NCBI GenBank assembly: GCA_040954595.2
Contig: CM082591.2
Location: 3,152,259 to 3,216,258, forward strand
DNA: 64,000 nucleotides
Reading direction: 5' to 3'
From: Balanoglossus misakiensis
Lineage: Eukaryota; Animalia; Hemichordata
Below the pieces are notes generated by a model, which saw only the letters and a list, made by a program, of their open reading frames with translations, did no database searches and had not been told where the DNA came from. A program made the translations under genes and the position numbers. Of the stretch, positions 28,101 through 39,400 are shown piece after piece (positions within the stretch are counted from its first letter, which is position 1; each line of letters begins with the position of its first letter).

Positions 28101-30731
28101 CCACACTTACTTGGGTTTCACCATTTCTCCATCCAGTAATTTTCTGACGTAACCTCCCCAGTCTGAACAGGACAGCTGCTGTCTCAGAGCTCCTCTGAAA
28201 TAAAACCACACAGGCAGGTATATTAGAAGAAGACAGTGGACCTGAAACAAAATGGCCGACCAGTGGCCATATCGGATTGCACAACTTTGCATTTCGCCAT
28301 CGGTGTGGTCTCAAATATGTCTCATTTTACTTGTTTATTTCTTTCACAGTTCACTCACTTGATGTCAAAGCTCTCTGCGTATTGTGTGGTTTCCGTCCTG
28401 GGGTAGCTAATGTAGCCCTGTATGTAGAGTCTCTCGGCTATCTGCATGGCGTGGTGCGGGCCCATACCCAGACCCGAACTGGCCACCCTCATCAGCTCCA
28501 CTGTGTTCAAAGCCACAGGTCGCGATTTGGTCTTCTCTTTCATTGTAACACTGACAACTCTATGGAGACAGAAAAAAAAGTGTCAAAACAATAGACCATT
28601 TTCTGAACTCCATGAGATCCTGCGAGATCTCGCGTGGCTAGGCTGTTTATATGGGAGGACACTCTCCCATGACACAGGACAAAACAGCACATGGCCCATT
28701 GTGTTAAACACCTAACACCACTACTTACTCTGCTTCTTTGGCACCTTTGACGACGTTGACGAACATCTGCGCCACTTCTTTGTCGAACATTCTCACCCGT
28801 TCCCAGTCCAGCATCAACGGTTTGCCGTCTTTGTGGCTAACCTGATGAGGGGAAAAGAAAACGGCACATTTCTGGGGTAATCTTTGATTGATTGAAATGT
28901 GAAGTTGAGCTTAGCTGTCATACAGTATGCAAGATCTGCGATATCCACCAGTTTTACAAGCCCGTCACATCCCTGTCCAGTGAAGGAGACCTTACTTACC
29001 TTTGTCTGAAGAACCCAGTATGTCTCTGGTTTGAATGACTGGATCTTGTCGTGTCTTTCCACACAAAATCCAAGAGTCGGAGTCTGGCATGGACCGTACG
29101 AAATGAGAGTACTGTCCAAGTCGGCGTATTTACCCTGGAAGAATTTGGTCTGGTATCTGGTGAAGGCACATCCAATGCGGAGATCCAATTCCTGCCTGGC
29201 GTCTACTGACAGTGACTCGTTCTTGTTGGGTTCTATGAGTTTGTTCATGGCTGCTTTGATGTCCTTCTCAGTAATGGCACTGAACTTGGCTCTGAAAACA
29301 GTCTGCAGGTAAATCAGATGTGTTAATACTTGACTCTGCTCATTGTGAGATCTTGTGGTGCAGATTCCAACAAAATACATGTAAACTGTATTGATGAGGG
29401 TGGGTAACCAGGCAACACACCACCACAATGATGAGCCTCACCTGTTCTCGGCCCCTGGGTCTGTTCATCGTTTCCTGAACGCAGTCGATGACCTCAAAAC
29501 AAATATTCTCCCCTTCTTTGTCACAATCCAGCCACAGCACCAATGCATCCACATTCCGTGCCTGAAAAAGTGACGCAAAACAGGAGCACATTCAATGATG
29601 TTTTAGCAACAGGCGAGTGAGAAAAATCAAACCACTACACCAAGGCATATAAAGTTTGCGGGTATACATATTGTATAATATGCTTCAATATAAAGTGGCA
29701 CCCATGATTAAACGACACACTGACACAACATTGTTACTTTTTACTTTAACCCTTTCACCACAATGGTTTGGTCCGACTCCACTGTTTTCTATGGTAAAGT
29801 TGGACCTCTATAGAGGGAACTGGGGGTGAAAGGGTTAAAGGGAAAGTGAACGCTGACATCAACCCACACAGTTACCGTACATACCTCTGATGCCAGAAAC
29901 TTTGGCATATGCAGACCTGACTGAGCTTCAATTTTTCTTGTCGGAGCAGAGAATAACTCAGCCTGGATAAAAAAAAGTGAAAAGTTAAGGATAAGAAAAA
30001 ACACTAACAGACTGACAAGCAGTAATTGGGCCACTTTCAGCATGCTGCTTACCAAAGGAAAATAAAACAAACTGAATAATTTTAAAAATCAGTGATTTTG
30101 ACCGTTTCAAAATAATAATGTTAAAATTCTTACCGGATCCACTGTATCCCAGTTGTTATATCGACTTGGAAAATCCAACCCCATCACGTGACCACAAACT
30201 GATGTCATCTGATGAACACAAGAAAAAAGTGATGTCAAAGTTTGAATTTCTCAAAGGCAATTTTATTATCACCAATAAAGGAAAATACAAACAAAACATG
30301 CAAGCTAGTATACAATTCAACACAAGGCTTGTCATGTGTCAATAACAGAAAGACACCCCTTGAATATGTCTCGTAGGTGAATGGCTAGAGACGCTGCCTA
30401 TGAAACTGACAACACCTGGGAAACTGACAACCTGGGTTCGATTCCTCTGACGGTCGTTCATGGACATGAAATAGTCTGCTTTACCAGTTCTTTTAACCAC
30501 CACCACCACCCCCCAGTTTAACATTATGACATCCTCACTGACATGACGCTCTCGTGAAATACTTTTACAAACCTTGAACTTTGCTGGTTCTCCAAGGAAC
30601 TGCCCGGTGTACTCGTGGATTGAGCAGGCATTGTTGAACCCCTTTTTTGAGGTCAATCGTCCATTTGACAAAATTTTGGCAAGCGAGTGAGCCAACTGTG
30701 GCTTCTCTGCAACCATTAAAACCGTCTTCAT
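25190..30731 (-). CDS. TOP3B: DNA/RNA topoisomerase III beta
   Basis: Multi-exon. [20 protein letters not shown]; [18 protein letters not shown]; [15 protein letters not shown]; [12 protein letters not shown]; catalytic [10 protein letters not shown]; [10 protein letters not shown]; [12 protein letters not shown]; Cys-rich Zn-finger region; C-terminal (RG)10 tract typical of the beta paralog. Confidence 0.96.
26647..26717. repeat. (CAGTA)n pentanucleotide repeat, TOP3B intron
   Basis: Imperfect pentamer run seen directly. Confidence 0.9.
29746..29838. mobile_element. TTAA-flanked MITE (piggyBac-like termini), apparently full-length copy
   Basis: TTAA-CCCTTTCACC ... GGTGAAAGGG-TTAA inverted ends. 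Related fragments at ~1889-1925, ~17818-17865 (inverted) and ~34113-34190. Confidence 0.72.
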
Positions 30732-31052
30732 TATTTCTCTTCCTGTTTTCCCCTTGACAATAACAATTAAGCTTCTACAATCCGATCGAAATACCTCGTC
30801 GAGAAAGCGTCGTGTCTCTACACTATGGGCGCTGCCATCTTGACAGCGTGATGCACCATGGGTAATCGCTGTCACTTTAAGATTTTAGGGAGCTTTCATC
30901 TCTTATACAGGAGGGTGAGTGTGCCGGGCACCTCTCTTTTTTTAGATTCTCGAAATTCCGTTTCCCTGATCCCCTCCCCAAAATGTACTTGTATGGAGCA
31001 ATGTCCCTGAACCTCAGTTATGTTTCTGCCTCAAGAGGGCGTAAAAAGAAAC
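30732..31052. promoter_or_regulatory. Bidirectional promoter TOP3B / CCDC59
   Basis: Only ~320 bp separate the divergent ATGs. YY1-like motifs occur on each side (AAGATGGCAGC on - at ~30831-30841; ACATGGCGGC over the CCDC59 ATG). Confidence 0.7.
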
Positions 31053-32278
31053 ATGGCGGCCCCCACGAGTATAAAGCGTCAGCGAGAAAGCGGTACAAAT
31101 AACCCTCAAACGAAAACATTGACAGAAAACAAGACCAAAAAGAGGAAATGGAAGCAAGATACTAGTAGGTACCGGACGTTTATAGGCAACAAAGAAGAAG
31201 GTATGTGGATAACTGCTTTCCAGCTTGTTGTTTACATTTACCATGGACACGCTGTGAACACGTGCATGTTGGCTTCATGTAAACAAATACCGAATAGCCC
31301 TCTCCACATGGTTACACACACGAATACAAGGTAGTCTGAACCGGGGTTGAAGTTACCCATACCCCTGTAGTGTTATTTCCAGGGCAATAACAGCAGCATG
31401 CCCCAAATGCAAATGTCTGATCTGGACCCCATTATCCGGTGCCAATAAGTAACAAGTGAATTGCACCTCTTCTGTCTCCCAGGACAAGGCTATGCAGATA
31501 AGAGAAAAAAGAAGATCATGTACCAGTACAAAAAGTTGAAACACAAAGAGAAGAGGGAACAGCAGAGGCAGACACAGAAGTTAACGTCAGATGCACAGGA
31601 AAGAGAACCAAGTCTCCAAGATAGCACTTCTTCGCCAGGGAGCAAAAAGGGACAATACTCACAGATTCAACACACACACAGGTAACTCTAAACATTTGCA
31701 GTGTGTGGTAAATTGTATTGTCTTCTAGGAATACATTTTTTTTTCAAAATAGATGTATGCCTCTAGAAAAATGAATGCCGGTGTAATGACTCCATTATTA
31801 TATTTTCAGGAAAAAATTGAATCCATTCACTAAAGAACAGAAGGAATTTCAGAAGAAACGAGCAGAGAGACAAAGACATCGCGAGGTTAGCCCTTTCACC
31901 GTATATACATGTATGCATATATTGTATCCATTAAAAGGAGACCAAATTCAAAAGTTGTATGTATACAATATATACTAGTAATCTAAAATAGTACCAAAGA
32001 TAGTTTCAGGTGATCAAATTGAATAATAGCTAAAATCACATATATTTATTATAGGTATATTTAACTGTATTGACTTGAGACCTTTTCTTTTTTTACCTAA
32101 ACAGGAAGTTCAAAAAAATAAAGAGGACAGTGAGAAGGCACTGCAAGAATATCACCGGAAGAAGAAAGAGACAAACAAACAAATGAGTAAAAAAACAAGG
32201 AGAGGACAACCCATCATGCAATACAGAATCGAACACTTACTGGAGAAAATCAAGACCCAAACAAACGAAAGCAGCTGA
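31053..32278 (+). CDS. CCDC59: Thyroid transcription factor 1-associated protein 26 homolog (coiled-coil domain-containing 59)
   Basis: Exons approx. 31053-31200, 31483-31681, 31811-31884, 32105-32278: FIGNKEEG|QGYADKRKKKIMYQYKKL ... KKTRRGQPIMQYRIEHLLEKI, matching the TAP26/FYV7-type signature. Confidence 0.85.
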
Positions 32279-32623
32279 AAGGTGCCTGATTTACATTTTT
32301 AAATATTAAAGATGTGTTCAGGATAGAAATTGTGTCCCGTCATTTCTTTTAATTTCAAGTGTTTTTTAAGTGTACTGCCATACAGAGCTAAATGTAGACA
32401 AAAACATTTACTAATTCCCCTAGGAATTAGTAAATGCCAATGTGAAGTAAGTGAAAAAAATACTCAGAAAGACTTGTACATTTGAACTATTTATTCAAAT
32501 TGAATTGCTCAATTTAAATTACATGGCAGTATATGAAGTAAATTCAGAAGTTCACATCTATGTCATGAAAAGCATATGCTGTTTTGATTCTTGTATCTGC
32601 TAATATGTGCGGCGTAATGTTGA

Positions 32624-33432
32624 TTATGGCTTTTCACAGATGAAAGCGTTTTCAGCTGGGCATTCCTTTGTCTTCCACATTCTCTTTCTGTCTTTTGTGC
32701 CAGACCTGAAACATTAACACAAGGAAGGAAATTTATATAATATTATGTGATCTAAAATAAGGCAAGTTTTGTCTTATACCACAACAGAATCTCAAGAAGA
32801 GATATTACTTACATAGTTCTTTGCTATTAGGGAGGAATCCCTACTGAGAATTGTATACACAGTAAATTGCTACATGTGTACGGCCAACTGTCAAAGACAC
32901 CAGCTGTTCTATTTGGTCTATGTACAGTACACATGCCATTGGCAGCTTATGGGTCAGTCAGTGTTTGCCCGTTGATCTCTTTCTATAAATGTCTGTCTGT
33001 ATACATGTCTGTCGGTATGTATGTATTCCGGTGTAAACCTTTTCCCATGTAATCCCGTAATGGGACCACAGTGTCCTCGATGCTATGTTTCTGATAAAAA
33101 CATTCAGACTTACCAGAAAAGACCGCAGTGCCGATCATCGTCGCTATCTGGCTGATCAGGACCCCAGTTGTCATAGCAGATACCGCTGTCATCGATGTAT
33201 TTCCATTGGTTTTCCAAGGCAAAGTATTTGGCTCCAAACCAGTAGCAATAGTCGCGTCTCTCAGAATTGGCCTCGATGTAATCCACCAGCATCTCGTTCA
33301 CCGCCTGGTTAGGAATGGTCGCCAGACGAGCCATCTGGCTCTCGCAGTAGTATCTAGCGAAGTGGTAGGATTTCTTACTCAGGTAGAAGAAGTAAGTCCT
33401 GCAAGGAGCCTCAACGCTCAACGTTCTGGGAA
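32624..33432 (-). other. C-terminal C-type lectin domain with QPD motif (part of giant HYR gene)
   Basis: CRTYFFY...SYHFARYYC...YWFGA...WKYID...[19 protein letters not shown]|[26 protein letters not shown]. Confidence 0.85.
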
Positions 33433-36400
33433 CTGAGAGAAAGATTTAATCGTTACTGTTGCACTCTCCCTTCTCAAATAAAAGCCTATCTTGTTTGTGG
33501 AGGTTTCACAGTGGGAAATAAACTTGTATTTAACAAGATATGGCCACAGAATCACAATGCCCTTACAAAAATGTTCCATATAGTTCTACAGTATTCTATA
33601 TATTTGCTTCATAAATCAATTGAAAAAGGATCCAAAACTACATAGAAATCTATAGATGTCCATAGAAATTTCGATAAGCTTCTACAGAAATTCAATAGGG
33701 CTTAAATTTTAGGTGTCTATAGAAAGCCCTTCCTCAATGTCATATTCATGTACATTATTGATAACAGACAGTTTCTGACTATTGAAATCGAAAAGCTCCT
33801 CATACCTAGCCTCACAGTGAAGTCGCAAGATTCAGAGTTTCCAAATCTATCCGTGGCTGTGCATGTGATCACGTGGGTACCGATTCCAAACGTGGTTCCA
33901 GACGGGTAGTCACACGAAACTGTTGAATCTGCACCTGCCTCTGGCAAGGTGTATGTGATTACCACTTGGCCATCATCGTCGTAGTCAATAAACGTCATAT
34001 CCTCGGGACAGATAAATTCTAGTGGAGCGTCTGAGGAGAAAGAGCATGGTTGGTGTTTATTTCTACAACTAGGATTACCATACAGTGACATTATATATGA
34101 ATAGTGTATTTATCCCTTTTATCACCATGGTTCAGTCCAAACCCATTGTTTTCTATGGTAAGGTTGGACCTCTAAAGAGGGAACTAGTATCACTTTTCGA
34201 AAAAATACGTCCCTGAGTTGCATACATGTAAAGATATACTTACACACTGTAACAGGAAAGCTGCAGGTGTCTGTGTTTCCAAAAGAATCAGTGATTGTAC
34301 AACTGATAGTGTGAGAGCCGACACCCAGAGATGTTGGAGATGGATGGCTACATGATACACTTGCATCAGCTGTGTTATCATTTGAAGTTGGAGTTGTGTA
34401 AGTGACAACAGCTTCACCATTAGTTGCATCAGCAACGAATTCCATATCACCTGGACATGAGATGTCTGGCGCAGCATCTGTGGCACAAAAAGAATCAGTC
34501 TGTGTCAGCCCTAAATCTAAGTAATCCCAAAATTGTACTTACTTAAGTTTAAGTTACAACAGCCATACATATTTAAATCATCATTGATGATCGTTACTTC
34601 ATGATCTAGACAGAATCATACATTATGATAAAGCCCTTATATCGAGGAAGAAGTCACCGCAACAGATATGTATATGTATACTCAGATGGCAGTTTACATG
34701 GAAATAGATGTTCCAAATATATGTTGCTTACAGATAGCGATAATGACTGGGCATTCTTCTGTGTTGCCAAAGGAATCAGTGATTGTGCAGGTGATGATAT
34801 GTACACCAACATCCAGGGCTGTTCCCGGTAGAATATCACAGTCCACAGTTGCATTCGCTGATCCACTGTTTGGCTCTGGTATGATGTAATTGACAACTAC
34901 AATTCCATCATTATCAACGTCAACCAGTTCCATATCGCCTGGACATGTGAAGTCTGGTGGGGAATCTGTAGTGAAATAGGAGGTTGAACTCAGTTTATTT
35001 GAATTGAAAATTCAAGATCTGATATTGGTTCTGTTGCCAGGCTATATAAATCGTGTGAACATCAAGTCATAAATATTCTATATATAAAAGTTTTCAGGAT
35101 ATCTGTTGTGTTAAAAAACTACACAGTAAAAAAAGAACCAACCTTAAATTTTTCAAGGAATATACTTACAGACTATGACAGTGAATTGACAGCTGTCTGA
35201 GTTTCCAAATGAATCAGTTATTGTACAAATGACATCATGTGAACCGACTCCAAAGGATGTTGGAGATGGGAAGTTACATGAAACAGAAGCATCAACTGTG
35301 TTTTCATTTGGAGTTGGAGTTGTGTAACTAACAACAGCTTCACCATTAGATGCATCAGCAACAATTTCCAATTCTACTGGACATGAGATGTCTGGCGCAG
35401 CATCTGTGGTGAAAAGGGCAATTGTTGTTTGTATGTGTCTAGTTAATTATTGCACTAGTCCTACATGCACTTTACCTATACAGTTCTATTACATGTACCT
35501 TGATTTTAAGCTAAAGAACATGTTCAAATTGGAGAATTTCTTAGAATGTTGAAATAATGCTTACAGATGGTGACAGAGAAAGGACATTCTTCTGTGTTGC
35601 CAAAGGAATCGGTGATTGTACAGGTGATGATATGTTCACCAACATCCAGGGCTGTTCCCGGTAGAATATCACAAGCCACAGTTGCATTCGCTGATCCACT
35701 GTTTGGCTCTGGTATGATGTAATTAACAACCTCACTTCCATCGTCATTAACGTCAACTATTTCCATATCTTCTGGACATGAGATGTCTGGCGCAGCATCT
35801 GTGGTGAAAAAGATAATTGTTCTCTGTATGTGTCTAGTTAATTATTGCACTAGTCCTACATGCACTTTACCTATACAGATCCGTTACCTTGACTTTTAGC
35901 TGAAGAATATGTTCAAATTGGAGAATTTTATAGAATGTTGAAATAATGCTTACAGATGGTGACAGAGAAAGGACATTCTTCTGTGTTGCCAAAGGAATCA
36001 GTGATTGTACAGGTGATGATATGTTCACCAACATCCAGGGCTGTTCCCGGTAGAATATCACAGGCCACAGTTGCATTCGCTGATCCACTGTTTGGCTCTG
36101 GTATGATGTAATTAACAACCTCACTTCCATCGTCATTAACGTCAACTATTTCCATATCTTCTGGACATGAGATGTCTGGCGCAGCATCTGTGGTGGAAAA
36201 GACAATTGGTGTTTGCGTGTGTCTACTTAGTGATTGTAGTAAACTGACATGCAATCAACTATACAGTTCCATTACCTTGATTTTTAGGTAAAGAACATGT
36301 TCAAATTGGATAATTTCATAGAATGTTGAAATAATGCTTACAGATGGTGACAGAGAAAGGACATTCTTCTGTGTTGCCAAAGGAATCAGTGATTGTACAG

Positions 36401-39400
36401 GTGATGATATGTACACCAACATCCAGGGCTGTTCCCGGTAGAATATCACAGGCCACAGTTGCATCTGTTGAACCACTGTTTGGCTGTGGAACATTGTAAT
36501 TAACAACCTCACTTCCATCGTCATTCACGTCAACCATTTTCATATCTTCTGGACATGAGATGTCTGGCGCAGCATCTGTGGTGGAAAAGACAATTGGTGT
36601 TTGCGTGTGTCTACTTAGTGATTGTAGTAAACTGACATGCAATTTACCTATACAGTTGCGTTACCTTTATTTTAAGCGAAAAAAACATGTTCAAATTGGA
36701 GAATTTTAAAGAATTTTGAAATAATGCTTACAGATGGTGACAGAGAAAGGACATTCTTCTGTGTTGCCAAAGGAATCAGTGATTGTACAGGTGATGATAT
36801 GATCACCAACATCGAGGGCTGTTCCTGGTGGAATATCACAAGCCACAGTTGCATTCGCTGATCCACTGTTTGGCTCTGGTATGATGTAATTAACAACCTC
36901 ACTTCCATCGTCATTAACGTCAACTATTTCCATATCTTCTGGACATGAGATGTCTGGCGCAGCATCTGTGGTGAAAAGGGCAATTGTTGTTTGTATGTGT
37001 CTAGTTAATTATTGCACTAGTCCTACATGCACTTTACCTATACAGATCCGTTACCTTGATTTTTAGCTAGAGAACATGTTCAAATTGGAGAATTTCTTAG
37101 AATGTTGAAATAATGCTTACAGATGGTGACAGAGAAAGGACATTCTTCTGTGTTGCCAAAGGAATCGGTGATTGTACATGTGATGATATGTTCACCAAAA
37201 TCGAGGGCTGTTCCTGGTGGAATATCACAAGCCACAGTTGCATTCGCTGATCCACTGTTTGGCTCTGGTATGATGTAATTAACAACCTCACTTCCATCGT
37301 CATTCACGTCAACCATTTCCATATCTTCTGGACATGAGATGTCTGGCGCAGCATCTGTGGTGAAAAAGACAATTGGTGTTTGCGTTCGTCTACTTTGTGA
37401 TTGTAGTAAACTGACATGCAATCAACTATGCAGTTCCATTACCTTGATTTTTAGCTAAAGAACATATTCAAACTCGAAGACTTTCATTGAATTATGAAAT
37501 TCATAATGCTTACAGATGGTGACAGAGAAAGGACACTCTTCTGTGTTGCCAAAGGAATCGGTGATTGTACAGGTGATGGTATGTACACCAACATCCAGGG
37601 CTGTTCCCGGTAGAATATCACAGGCCACAGTTGCATCTGTTGAACCACTGTTTGGCTGTGGAACATTGTAATTAACAACCTCACTTCCATCGTCATTCAC
37701 GTCAACCATTTCCATATCTTCTGGACATGAGATGTCTGGCGCAGCATCTGTGGTGAAAAGGCCAATTGTTCTCTGTATGTGTCTAGTTAATTATTGCACT
37801 AGTCCTACATGCACTTTACCTATACAGATCCGTTACCTTGACTTTTAGCTGAAGAATATGTTCAAATTGGATAATTTTATAGAATGTTGAAATAATGCTT
37901 ACAGATGGTGACAGAGAAAGGACATTCTTCTGTGTTGCCAAAGGAATCGGTGATTGTACACGTGATGATATGTTCACCAACATCGAGAGCTGTTCCTGGT
38001 GGAATATCACAAGCCACAGTTGCATTCGCTGATCCACTGTTTGGCTCTGGTATGATGTAATTGACAACTTCACTTCCATCGTCATTCACGTCAACCATTT
38101 CCATATCTTCTGGACATGAGATGTCTGGCGCAGCATCTGTGGTGAAAAAGACAATTGGTGTTTGCGTTCGTCTACTTTGTGATTAAACTGACATGCAGTC
38201 AACTTATACAGTTCTGTTACCTTGATTTTAAGCTAAAAAACATGTTCAAATTGGAGAATTTTAAAGAATGATGAAAAAATGCTTACAGATGGTGACAGAG
38301 AAAGAACATTCTTCTGTGTTGCCAAAGGAATCGGTGATTGTACACGTGATGATATGTTCACCAACATCGAGGGCTGTTCCTGGTGGAATATCACAAGCCA
38401 CAGTTGCATTCGCTGATCCACTGTTTGGCTCTGGTATGATGTAATTGACAACTTCACTTCCATCGTCATTCACGTCAACCATTTCCATATCTTCTGGACA
38501 TGAGATGTCTGGCGCAGCATCTGTGGTCAAAACGGCAATAGATGTTTGTAAACTCCTACTTTCTGATTGCACTAATCCTACAGGCAATTTACCTATACAG
38601 TTCTGGTACCTTGATTTTTAGCTAGAGAACATGTTCAAATTGGAGAATTTCTTAGAATGTTGAAATAATGCTTACAGATGGTGACAGAGAAAGGACATTC
38701 TTCTGTGTTGCCAAAGGAATCGGTGATTGTACAGGTGATGGTATGTTCACCAACATCGAGGGCTGTTCCTGGTGGAATATCACAGGCCACAGTTGCATTC
38801 GCTGATCCACTGTTTGGCTCTGGTATGATGTAATTAACAACCTCACTTCCATCGTCATTAACGTCAACTATTTCCATATCTTCTGGACATGAGATGTCTG
38901 GCGCAGCATCTGTGGTGAAAAAGATAATTGTTCTCTGTATGTGTCTAGTTAATTATTGCACTAGTCCTTACCTATACAGATCCGTTACCTTGACTTTTAG
39001 CTGAAGAATATGTTCAAATTGGAGAATTTTATAGAATGTTGAAATAATGCTTACAGATGGTGAAAGAGAAAGAACATTCTTCTGTGTTGCCAAAGGAATC
39101 GGTGATTGTACAGGTGATGGTATGTACACCAACATCGAGGGCTGTTCCTGGTAGAATATCACAGACCACAGTTGCATTGGCTGATCCACTGTTTGGCTGT
39201 GGTATGATGTAATTAACAACCTCACTTCCATCGTCATTAACGTCAACTATTTCCATATCTTCTGGACATGAAATGTCTGGCGCAGCATCTGTGGTGAAAA
39301 AGACAATTGGTGTTTGTGTGTGTCTACTTTGTTATTGTAGTAAACTGACATGCAGTCAACTTATACAGTTCTGTTACCTTGATTTTAAGCTAAAAAATAT

